This document shows positions 36,417 through 48,200 of a DNA stretch of 64,000 nucleotides, piece by piece. Numbering within the stretch: the stretch's first letter is position 1; each line of letters begins with the position of its first letter. The stretch comes from Isurus oxyrinchus (taxonomy: Eukaryota), in NCBI GenBank assembly GCA_026770705.1, contig JANJGN010000150.1, forward strand, positions 372,001 through 436,000, read 5' to 3'. The position numbers and the translations under genes are program-made. The notes below the pieces were generated by a model. It saw nothing but the letters and a program-made list of their open reading frames with translations, did not search any database and had not been told where the DNA came from.

Positions 36417-39210
36417 CATAGAGTCATAGATTCACAGGGGTCCACAGCACAGTAAAAGGCCCTTTGGCCCATCGAATCTGCGTCGGTCAAACAAGTACCT
36501 AATTATTCTAATCCCATTAATGCACTGGGCCCAAAGCCTTGTATGCGATGGCATCACAAGTGCACATCCAAATACTTCTTAAATGTTATGAGGGTTTCTG
36601 CCTCTCCCACCCTTTCAGGCAGTGAGTTCCAGATTCAATCTATGCAACATCCTGGTAAATCTCCTCTGCACCCTCTCTAGGGCAATCACATCCTTCCTAT
36701 AATGTGGGTTCCAGAACTGCACGCAATATTCTAGCTGTGGCCTAACCAGTGTTCTATACAGTTCCAGCATAACCTCCCTGCTCTTATATTCTATCTCTCG
36801 GCTAATAAAGGCAAGTATTCCATATGCCTTCTTAACCACCTTATCCACCTGTCCCACTACTTTAAGGGAACGGTGGACATGCACACCAAGGTCCCTCTGA
36901 TCCTTGTTACTTTCCAGGGTCCTACCATTCATTGTCTATTCCTGTGCCTTGTTTATCCTGCCCAAGTGCATCACCTCACACTTATCCAGGTTAAATTCCA
37001 TTTGGCACTGATCAGCCCATCTGACCAGCCCGTCTATATCCCCCTGTAATCTAAGGCTATCCTCTTCATTATTTACCACCCCATCAATTTCCATATCATC
37101 CGCGAAGTCACTGATCAACCTTCCTACATTCAAGTTTAGACCGTTTATATATACCACAAACAGCAAGGGACCCAACACCGATCCCTGTGGAACCCCACTG
37201 GACACAGGCATCCAGTCACAAAAACACCCGTCGACCATCACCCTCTACTTCCTGGCACTCAGCCAATTCTGGATCCAATTTGCCAAATTCCCTTGGATCC
37301 CATGTGCTCTTACTTTCGTTTACAGTCTCCCATGCTGGACCTTATCAAAAGCCTTGCTGATGTCCAAGTTGACTATGTCAAATTCATTGCCCTCATCTAC
37401 ACAATTGGTCACCTCTTCAAAAAATTCAATCAAACTGGTCAGACATGACCTCCCTTTAACAAAACCATGCTGACTGTCCTTGATTAATCCCTGCCTCTCC
37501 AAGTGTAGATTAATTCTGTCCCTCAGAATTGCTTTCAATAGTTTCCCCACCACTGAGGTTAGACTGACTGACCTGTTGTTCCCTGGTTTATCCCTTCCTC
37601 CCTTCTTGAATAACGCTACCACATTGGCTGTCCTCCAGTCCTCTGGTACCTCTCCTCTGGCCAGAGATGTATTGAAAATTATTGCCAGCACCCCTGCTAT
37701 CTCCTCCTTTGCCTCACTCAACAGCCTGAGATACATTTCATCCGGGCCTGCAGATATATCTACGTTTGAGACTGCCAGACAACTTAGAACCTCGTTCCTT
37801 TCTATTCTAATTTCTTTAACTATATCACAGTCCTTCTGCCTGATTTCCAAACCCACATTGCCCCTCTCACTTGTGAACACTGACACAAAGTGTTCATTTA
37901 GAACCCTACCTACATCTTCCGGTTCCACACACAAACTACCAATATGGTCCTTAATGGGCCTTACTCTTTCCCTAGTTATCCTCTTACTCTTAATGTACTT
38001 GTAAAATAACTTTGGATTTTCCTTCATTTTTCCTGCTAATGTTTCTTCATGGCCCCTTTTTGCTCTACTAATTTTCTTTTTAAGGTCCCCCCTACACATT
38101 CTATACTCTTCTAAGGCTTCCACTGTTTTGAGCCTTTGGTATCTGCCATAAGCCTCCCTTTTTCTCTTTATCCAATCCTGTAAATCTCTCGACATCCAGG
38201 ATTCCCTGGATTTGTTGGTCCCACCCTTTGCCTTTACTGGAATATGTTGGCCCTGTACTCTCCCCACTTCCTTCCTGAATGAGTCCCATTGCTCTGACGC
38301 AGATTTCCCTAAAGGTAGCTGCTCCCAGTTCCACTCTGGCCAAATCATATTTGATCTTATTAAAATCAGCCTTCCACCAATTGAGAACTCAGATTTCTGG
38401 CCCATCCTTGTTCTTTTCCATAACAACCTAGAATCTAATGGAATGATGATCACTATCTGCACAATGCTCCCCCACTGATACGTCTACAACTTGCCTGGTT
38501 ACATTCCTTAAAATTTACTCCAGGACCGACCCCTCTCTTGTAGGATTTTCTATGTACTGGCTTAAAAATCTCTCCTGGATGCATTTTAACAATTCTGCCC
38601 CCTCTAAAACTATCACACTATGACTAACCCAGTTATTGTTGGGGAAGGTGAAAAGCCCCACCATTACAACCCGATTATTTTTATACTTCTCTGAATTTTG
38701 CCTTTGTATCTGCACTTCTATTTCTCTGAGTGTCATTGGGCCTGTAGAACACTCCCAGCAAGCTGATTGTTCCTTATTTGTTTTTAGGTTCTACCCATAT
38801 GGCTTCATTTGAGGAGCCCCCTAAGGTGTCTTCCCTCCTCACTGCAATAACTGATTCCTTGATCAATCTTGCAATACCCCCTCCTCTTTTACCTCCTTCC
38901 CTGTCTTGCCAGAAGACCCTGTATCCTGTAATATTGAGCGGCCAATCCTGCCCCTCTCTAATCCATGTCTGTGACAGCAATGACATCATACATCCATGTG
39001 TTATTTGTGCCCTCAACTCATCTGCTTTATTCGTCAGACTCCTTGCATTAAAGTAAATATAATCCAACTTTGCCACGCTATCTTGTGCCTTAACTGGCCA
39101 ATAATTTCTCTGCCTTCCAGGTTCACTTGCTCTCTCTTCTAATTTTGGCTGTGCATCTCCCTCTGCTGAACCTCCTCTCTGGATCCCATCCCCTGCCTCC
39201 CCAATTGCAT
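36417..39210 (-). mobile_element. CR1 LINE, near-complete ORF2 (APE endonuclease + RT), disrupted
   Basis: YFNARSL.NKADEL, DREGGKRGGGIA, WRTANVVALFKKG, QHGFVKGRSCLTSL, SGVPQGSVLGPLLF, FADD; split over ORFs 38774-39265, 37320-38462, 36936-37241, 36615-36932. Confidence 0.93.
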
Positions 39211-41656
39211 CAAGGGTAAAATGCCAATTGAAACCAGGGACAACATCCAAGAATGACAATCCCACAGATCACTGTGAGCATTTAAAGACACCTCCAGACA
39301 AGGTTACCAACACAAGATCTGGGCGTAAGTGCAGATTACCTCTACTCTTTAGACACTCAAATATTCAACAAATCTATACTGTTATGTAATTGTCAATAAA
39401 ATTGAAAATGATACCAGAAACCTCTTGTTCCCTGTCCTTCTCAAAGATCCATCCCTGCAGCTGGAGCCTTAAGAGTTATTGATGTGGGGCTTAATTTATC
39501 AGATTGTAGAATGATCGGGAACAAAAGGAAGCCATTTGGCCCATCGAGCCTGTGCTGGGCTTTTGAAAGATCTGTCCAATTAGTCCCACACTCACCTCTG
39601 CTCTCTCCTCCACAGCCCTGCAAAATGTCCCCTTCAAGTATTTATCCAGTTCCCCTTCTGAAAGTTCCTGTTGAATCTGCTTCCACCGGCCTTTCAGGCA
39701 GTGAGTCAATGGTCTCTCTCTGAGCTGCAAAGTGCTCAGATTCTGTGAAATTTAAACTCTGCAGCAGATCAGAATCAATCAGGATAACTCAGAATATTTG
39801 ACAGCTTTACACACAGACAGCTTTACCTTCCTTCTCTCTTTCAGTTATCTTGCTCCCTTATTGAAGTATCTAGCATGGTGAGAATGGACAGGAAGTGTGA
39901 CACTGAACAGCCTGTCTATTCTAGGAGCTGCTGTGTTGTCTTCATGGGCAATTTTGAATAAAGGCAGCAACGGGCACATATTTCAGGTCATTGCTATCGG
40001 AGACCTAACATTAGGATAGACTTCATCCCCCAGTTTTTATCCCTGATTTTCTATTCAGCCGATCGCTGCCCTGTCACTGGCTGACCTACACTAACTCTCA
40101 GTCCAGCAATGACTCAAATTTCAAATTCTCATCATTGATTTCTTACCCCACCATCCCCCCTCTACACTCCCGATCCCTGTAACCTCCTCCAACCCTAAAA
40201 ACCTCTGAGATCTCTGCTCTCCTCCAATTCTGCTGTCAGACAGGAGGTCAGTGTGTATCAGTAAGCACAGGGGTGATGGGTGAATGGGACTTGGTGTGAG
40301 TTTGTACACTGGCTCACTGGCTCAATCGGGCAGGATTGAGATGGACTCCCCCACGGACTTACACCCCCCGCTTACTAAACAGTTCCAATCTTTACCCAGA
40401 GAGAGGGGAGAATGTGGAACTCGCTCCCACAGGGAGTGGTTGAGGTGAACAGTATCGATGTATTTAAGGGGCATGAGGGTTGGTAACCAGAGGGACACAG
40501 ATTGATGAACCGGATGGGGAATTTGTTTTGACAGAGCGAGTTGTTGTGATCTGGAAGGTGCTGCCTGAAAACGCGGTGGAAGCAGATCCAATAAGAACTT
40601 TCAAAAGGGAAATTGGATAAACACTTGAAGGAGGAAGATGGGGGCAAAGTGGAGTGGTGGTTAGTGGATCTGATGGGATAGAACATTGAAAGACCTGGCA
40701 CAGGCTCAATGGGCTGAATGGCCTCCTCCTGTGCTGTATCATTCTCCGCTTCCATGATCTCTCCCCCAGTCAGTAACCACTCCAGATCCCTCTTGAAGGT
40801 GACAGAGAAACAGCAACCACCACATCCACTGACAGCACATTCCCGAGGATCCCTACTCTCTGGGAAAAGATGAACTCCCCAACATCCAGCCTATTCCTGC
40901 CACCCGGAGAGTGTAAACCCTTCAGGGAGGCACTGAGGAAGTTTTCAATAAAATGAATTATCAAATCTACCGTTTGAGAAACAATTGAATTCCGAAGAAC
41001 TCACAGCTTGTGTAGCAAACTGGGAAGTAGAGTTGCTGGGAAAGCTGGGAAACACAAGGATTAAGGGCTACAATGCCACCACTGGTGAGAGGCTGTAACT
41101 ACAGCGTGACGTTTACATAGGCAGTCATCATTATAAACAGGGGCTTTGGACATACTGGGAATTATGTGCACGGAAATAGTGAGAACATTATGTAAGCTTT
41201 TCACCAGCAGGAATTCTCTTCCTAAACCCCTCCAACTCTCTCTTACTCTCAGATACACAAAGAAAATCACACAGAATCAGATAAGGAGGAGTTGGGTTGG
41301 TGATTCGTCAAAGGGTTAGGTTTCAGGAAGCTTCTTAAAGGGAGAGAGAGAGAGTTGGAGACGCAGAGAGTATCTGTGAGAGCCTCTAAACATCTGAGTG
41401 TCTGTAATAGTAATTTCCATATTCTTCCATAAATATGAATGGGAACACAAATCCCAGAATTCAGGCTAACTCTCCAGTGCAGTAGTGAGGGAGGTCAGGT
41501 AACCCATGAGGGAGTGAGTGTTAGTGTTTGTGTGTGAGTGTGTCTTTGTGTGTGGTCATATATGTGTGTCTGCACGTGTCTATTTAGGTGTGTATGTTCG
41601 ATGGTGTTTGTGTAGTGTTCGAATCTGAGAGAGATGTTGAAGTCTGTGTAACTCAC

Positions 41657-41809
41657 GTTCCACAGTAATGGTTATGAACCCCTCCACTGCTCCATGTTCA
41701 TTCTCTGCCACACACTGATAGTCTCCAGTGTCCCTGGAGGTAATGTGAGGAATCACCAACCACAGCTCATTGTTGGAACTTGTTTTGTTCATTTGGACAT
41801 TCAGATGTC
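41657..41809 (-). pseudogene. 5'-truncated third Ig (C2) exon of Siglec-like copy B
   Basis: HLNVQMNKTSSNNELWLVIPHITSRDTGDYQCVAENEHGAVEGFITITVE with donor retained; homology to 50046-50327 stops at ~41809; N-terminal half and acceptor deleted. Confidence 0.85.
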
Positions 41810-42132
41810 ATGGCAGGAATCAAGAAGCCCGTTCACAGGATTACCAACAGAAAGTGAACAACAATTTATACTTAATGGGAAGAGAGTGCTGATTGGTTGG
41901 CAAGTGGTCTCTGATAGGTGGAGGTGTTGCCATGGAGAATGGTGTGTGCGAGATGTAAAGTTTAGACAGCTTGTCTCTTCATTCAGCAATAATCATATAA
42001 AGATCAATTAACTTCTATCGACTTTGAAGCACTTAGAGAGGCCTTAGAATGTGGATACTGAGAATGGGCTGCACTGTCAGAGGGTCTGCGCTGAGGGAGT
42101 GCTGATGTAGAATGAAAGGTGTATGTAATTAC

Positions 42133-42429
42133 CTTGCACAGTTAGTACGAGGGTCCGCTCCGATGAAACAGATGGATATCTCACTCTGCAGCTGAGAGTG
42201 TGTCCATGGTGTTTGAGTGATGGGATCAGGGTCAGAACAGAAGTATAGGTCAGAGTGACACCATGCTGAGTTACAGTGTTTGAGACGGATCCAGGTACGT
42301 CAGTGGGAGTGTCCCAGGTTAAGACAGGTGCTGCTGTTCCATTGCACGTTGTGTTGAAGGTGCAGCTTACATCCACACGCTTTCCTGCAATAATTTCAGC
42401 AGGGAATATCATGGGTTTATCTGTGAAAT
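42133..42429 (-). CDS. Siglec-like Ig C2-set exon (copy B)
   Basis: 297 nt phase 1-1; nearly identical to 26092-26388 and 53224-53520. Confidence 0.92.
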
Positions 42430-43288
42430 CTAACAGACAGAGAATGGATCCTTTTAGAGAAATATAACGTGAAGCATCAGTTCAAATAGAAACCACAGTC
42501 CCACAAGAGAAAGCACTTTTACAAGGATGATATCAGAACTGAGAGGTTACAATGATCAGGAAAGATTTTCTTGCTCTTTGGCAGTAGTGTTTCTGTCTCT
42601 CAGCTTAATACACGTTCACTCTGAGACATGTGAATTGAGAACACTGGATGAGAGAAGAGGCTCAGACCAGAGATTGGAGTTAAAAGCAGAATACTGTGGA
42701 TGCTGGAAATCTGAAACCAAAACAAAAATTGCTGGAAAGACTCAGCAGGTCTGACAGTATCAGTGGAGAGGAAGACAGGGTTAACGTTTTGAGTCCGTAT
42801 GACTCTTCATCAGACCAGAGGTTTGAGTTCACTGGCTTCTCATTTCCTCAGTGATCTGGGTGATTTATTACATTGTGGTTTGCTGGATCTTGCTGTGCAC
42901 AAACTGCCTGCTGTGTTTTACATCTGTGACTACAATTCAGGAATAATTTCATTGGCTGTGAAGGGATTTGGATCCTCCTGAGGTGGTAAATTGCGCTGCA
43001 GAAATGCACATCTTTCTTTTATCGATACGTCAGACTTTTAAACAGGACAGGAGAGATTGATGGGAGTGGATAACCTGATAATACAGTTAATGCTTTTCAT
43101 CATTGATATTAAAGTGAGTATTAGATGTTGCTTTAGGACTAAACTGGAAGCCATCACCAGGTTATTGAGAATCAGACAATGTGTTAAAACAAGCTGTGTT
43201 TTGTGTTAATATGTAAACGTCACAGTTTGTGTTATTTCCCATTGAGTGTTGAATGTGAATTGTTGAGTAATTATAACACAGCACTTAC

Positions 43289-43657
43289 CAGAAACGTGAA
43301 GCTGGGTTACAGGGTAATAGTTATGGCTCGGACCATTGTCAAATTCTATTCTGAAAAAATAAGGTCCTGCATCTTCCCTTCTGATGTTGTTTATAATCAG
43401 GGAACAGTCGCCATCTTTCAGGTCTCCAGACAGCCGGGTCTGATGGCGGAACCGTGGTAACTCGAGACTGTGATCCTTGGAGTGAAAGGCTATGGGAGCC
43501 CAGGGAATCTGTTTCTCATTATTAAACCAGACTCCACCTCGTGGTTGATTTTCCAAATGTGCTGGATAACTGTAATGACATGGAATCTGTACACACGAAC
43601 CTTCCTGCGCTGTCACATCTCGTGGAGTGTCACCTTTCCACTCTTGTGACAGTCCAA
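43289..43657 (-). CDS. Siglec-like Ig V-set exon (copy B) with essential Arg
   Basis: 369 nt phase 1-1; GLSQEWKGDTPRDVTAQEGSCVQIPC...GDCSL...YFFRIEFDNGPSHNYYPVTQLHVS. Confidence 0.92.
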
Positions 43658-44519
43658 CTGGGGAGAGAAATATCAATATTTAACTCTGGATGGTTTGTAG
43701 ATCCACTAGACTCGATATCCACCCCCTCCATCACTGGGGCACATTGGCTGCAGTGTGGACCATCTACAGGACACACATGGAACTCCCCAGGGGTTTCATA
43801 ATGGATGGAAGAGAATCCTGGACACAGGAGTGGACAACTTCATTCTACATTGGCTCATGGTCCTCAGGACCCTGTTTAGTGAAGCCAGTCTTCCACCCAA
43901 CACAGTGTTTACAAGACACACAGGGAAACTGTGTAAACATCTCATCTCTCTAAACTGACTGGTTTGTCTTCGGTTTAACTTTCAGTTATTTTACTTCCTT
44001 ATTATGGTTGCTATGGTGAAACTGTGCAGGAAGTGCGAGGGCTGGACTCTCTGTCTATTCTCACTGCAGCTGTGATGTAGTCGTGGTGGTTTTCAGTAAA
44101 ATGAAACCCTCTGATCTCCTCCATCGCCGAGGTTTAGGGAGTGAATTCCAGAGCTCAGGCCCCAGGCAGCTGAAGGCCCGGCCGCCAGTATTGGAGTGAT
44201 GGGAATCGGGGGATGGTCAAGAGGCCGGAATTGGAGTAACACAGAGATCTGGGACGTTGGTTGGGAGAGTTGCAGGAGGTTACAGAGATAAGGAGGCAGT
44301 GTGAGGCAATGGATGCATTTGAACAAAGAGATGTGAATCTTAAGTTTGAGATGTTGTAGGACCAGGAGTCAGATAGTTTAGGGGTGATGGGTGAATGGGA
44401 CTTGGTGTGAGTTTGTACACTGGCTCACTGCTGAATCAGTTCCCAATCACAGCTCAATAAGAATGATCTTTTACAAAGACTATTCACCATAAATCTGTCT
44501 GAGCTGACGATGATATTAC

Positions 44520-44559
44520 CTTGGAGAAGTGACAGGAGGAAGTAAGATTTCCCGACCAT
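44520..44559 (-). CDS. Signal-peptide exon, copy B (MVGKSYFSLSLLQ-, phase 1)
   Basis: ATG 44559, donor CAAG|GTAATA; paralog of 56127-56166. Confidence 0.85.
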
Positions 44560-45009
44560 TATCCACTCCCAGATATTTCATCAGATTCTCACTCTGAAGT
44601 TCTGAAAGAGAAAGGAGTTAATGAGACCTCACCTCTTGTCCGACAGCTCTCGAGAGATCAGATCTGCTTTTAGACAATGTCTTCACAGAATAGTTTGATT
44701 CTCTGTGGGATGATAGGTGTTCTGCAGAGAGTTACAAGGCTTTAAGAAGGAAAAACAATGAAGGATTTGCATTTCCATAGCACCTTTCACCACCTCAGGA
44801 TGTCCCAAAGCTCATGTCTCTGCACTTCCCTCATCCCTTGAGCTCGAAAGATGTTCTGTACAACAGACTTGAGCCTCACACCCAGATCTCAATAATCAGT
44901 AGAAATCTTTCAAAGGCGTCAATCATTGGAATCTGTCTTTATAAAGTCACAACATCAACAAAGGACGATGTTGGTGGTGGAAGTGAATTCCAATCGTTCC
45001 GTTACTTAC

Positions 45010-45155
45010 CCAGGACCTGTCCGACTGCTCGCCTGGGGAGGAACTGCCCACACGCTCTGCTTGGGCTGAATGACCTCTTCCTGTGCTGCTCCCTCTGTGT
45101 GTTTAATTAGAAAGGGCTGATGTGTCACTGTGAGACAAAATGAGGAAGTGGGTAA
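45010..45155 (-). promoter_or_regulatory. Promoter and non-coding exon 1, copy B
   Basis: Donor TGG|GTAAGT at 45009; AT-rich TATA-like element ~45105; PU.1-like GAGGAAGT at ~45142; duplicated at 56611-56750 and 63290-63399. Confidence 0.6.
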
Positions 45156-45369
45156 TCAGTGAGAAGATTGAGGATGTTTTGTGCTCTCAGCAAAACGTTT
45201 ACCATGTGATGATCTGTCAGCTCATATTTGGGCAGCTGTAGTCATCAAGTTTCTCCATTGGCTCCATGGGATTAGACCCCTCCCCCTCACCTCAGAGGCT
45301 GAAGCGCAGGCGATAGACTTCCCAATACAGGTCTCTGGCCGTATGATACATGTTGACAATCCCTGATAT

Positions 45370-46860
45370 CATTACTGAAGGAGTGCTGCACTGTCAGGGG
45401 TATAGTACTGAGGGAGTGCTGCACTGTGTGAGGGTCAGTACTGAGTGAGTGCTGCACTATCAGAAGGTCAGTAATGTGGGATTGCTGCACTGTCAGAGGG
45501 CCAGTCGTGAAGTATTGCTGCAATGTCGGAGGGTCAGTACTGAGGGAGTGCTGCACTGTCAGAGGGACAGTAATGTGGGAGTGCTGCACTGTCAGTGTGT
45601 CAGTAATGTGGGAGTGCTGCATTGTCAGAGGGTCAGTAATGTGGGAGTTCTGCACTGGAAGAGGGTCATTAATAAGGGAGTGCTTCACTGTCAGGAGTAT
45701 AGTACTGAGGGAGTGCTGCACTGTGGGAGGGTCAGTACTGAGCGAGTGCTGCACTGTTAGTGGGGTCAGTACTGAGGGTCTGCTGCACTATCAAAGGGTC
45801 AGTAATGTGGGAGTGCTGCACTGTCAGAGGGCCAGTAGTGAAGGAATGCTGCAATGTCGGAGGATCAGTACTGAGGGAGTGCTGCACTGTCAGAGGGACA
45901 GTAATGTAGGAGTGCTGCACTGTCAGAGGGTCAGTAATGTGGCAGTGCTGCACTGTCAGAGGGACAGTAATGTGGGTGTGTTGCACTGGAAGAGGGTCCT
46001 TAATGAGGGAGTGATGCACTGTCAGTGGGTCAGTAATGTGGGAGTGCTGCACTGTCGGAGGCTCTGTACTGAGTGAGATTTGCACAGTCAGAGGGTCAGT
46101 ATTGAGGGGGTGCCGGACTGTGGGAGGGTTACTACTGAGGTAGAGAGGAGTGTGAGAAGATATCCTTTCATGGCAAAGTTTAACTGGAATTTATTTAAAC
46201 AGAGATTCTAGTACTGTGTGTTATTGCTAAAGAAAGGATATGAGGAACTAAGTCTAGTTCCCCTCAGCCTAAAAATAATGTTCTCCGATTTCAATGATTT
46301 AGCATTGAAACCTCCCTCTTTGGGCATCAGTCTTGATTTAAACAACTCGCACAGCACTGTGGGAGGGTGAGTACTGAGGATGTGCTGCACTGTGGGAGGG
46401 TGAGTACTGAGGGAGTGCTGCACTGTGGGAGGGTGAGTACTGAGGGAGTGCTGCACTGTGGGAGGGTGAGTACTGAGGGAGTGCTGCACTGTGGGAGTGA
46501 GAGTACTGAGGGAGTGCTGCACTGTGGGGGGGAGAATCCTGAGGGACAGCTGCATAGTGGGAGTTTGAATACTGAGGGAATGCTGCCCTGTCAGAGTGTC
46601 TGTACCTAGGGAGTGCTGAACTGTCGGAAAGTCATTAGTGATGGAGGGATACAGTATCAGAGGGTCAGTATTCAGGGAGTGTTGCACTGTCAGATTGTCA
46701 GCCATGAGGGAATCCTGCACGGTCAGAAGGTCAATGATGACGGGGTGAAGCACTTGAAAAGGGTCAATAATGAGGTAGTGCAGCACTGTCAGAGAGACAG
46801 TAATGAGGGAGCGCTGAACTGACGGAGGGTCAGCACTGAGGAAACGCTGCACTGTCAGTT
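45370..46860 (+). repeat. 33-bp minisatellite arrays (45370-46140, 46350-46860)
   Basis: GAGTGCTGCACTGTCAGAGGGTCAGTA(CTGAGG/ATGTGG) units. Confidence 0.9.
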
Positions 46861-47569
46861 CTGAGTGTGGTCTGCACTGCCCTAAGTGCATTCTAGGCAC
46901 TGCCCAAGATTCCGCCTGATGTCCGTGTAACAACAACATCATGTACACGTCGAGAATATTTCTCACTGTGTCTGTGCAGCAAGACAGCTTTGGAATGGCA
47001 CCACCACTGGCAGGAGTGTGCAACTACAATGTGACATGTTTACATTGGAAGTTTCTATAATAAGGATGGGCACAGGAATTTATATAATAGAGAAAATGTG
47101 ACAACAAGAAGCTTTTCTTTGAGGCAAGAATTTGGCAGCAAAATAAGAATTTTAATCTATAAATATTTACAGAACAGGCTGAGCATTTTAATCACTTGTG
47201 TTAATCAATGTAATTTTATTCATAACCCAAATGCTTCTTACAATCTATCGCAGCATGAAAAAGGTGCAGCATTCAGAAAGCACATTCCAATCAGAGAACA
47301 GAGTTTAGCAACGTCACATTTCTGTTCATTCCTATTCGACCATGTTGGCTGCACACAGCCAGACAATGCCGTGGTTATGATGTGTCCACACAGCAGGACT
47401 GGGGAGCACCAGGTATAAGGAAAAGTTTCAGCTTGCTGAGGAGAAGAAGGACAATCTCTCGTTCCAGGTTTCTCTCCGTACATTAAGAAGCAGGCATGCC
47501 GATGTTTCATTGCACTCTGTCTGCTGATGGGAGTCCGCTTGGAAATTGCTGTTTGTGCTGATGGAAAGA

Positions 47570-48180
47570 ATAAGCTTTTCATAAATCGAGGGATTGAGTA
47601 CAAACACAGGGAGGTTATGCTGAACATTTATAAAGCTCTGGTTAGGTCACAACTAGAGTATTGTGCCCAGTTCTGGTCTCCTCACTTTGGGAAGGAAGTG
47701 AGGGTCCTTGAGAGGGTGGGGAGGAGATTGAGCAGAATGGGTCCAGGGATGAGGGATTTTAGCGACAAGGTTGGGTTGGAGAAGCTGGGGTTGTTCTCCT
47801 TGGAGCAAAGGAGATTGAGGGGGATCTGATCGAGGTGTACAAGATGATGATGGGTTTAGATCAGGTAGACAAAGAGAAGCTGTTGCCATTAGCTGATGGT
47901 ACAAGGACTGGGGGACACAGATTGAAGGTTTTGGGCAGAGGGGGATGTGAGGAGGAACTTTTTTACACAGCGAGTGGTAATGAGCTGGAACTCGCTGCCT
48001 ACGAGGATGGTGGAAGCGGAGACAATGAACGATTTCAAAAGGAAATTGGATGGACACTTGAGGAGAAATAAACTTGAAGGGATACGGGGATAGAACGGGG
48101 GAATGGGACTGACTGGATTGCTTTACAGAGAGACAGCATGGAGTAGATGGGCCAAATGCCGTTCTTCTGTTCCATGATGA
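47570..48180 (+). mobile_element. CR1 LINE 3' fragment in 3' UTR of copy A
   Basis: INRGIEYKHREVMLNIYKALVRSQLEYCAQFWSPH. Confidence 0.88.
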
Positions 48181-48200
48181 GATTGTTGCTGTCCAAATCT

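Noticed and set aside
37320-38462. 380-aa ORF as a host gene or active RT
   Set aside because: Part of a CR1 ORF2 broken by stops and frameshifts.
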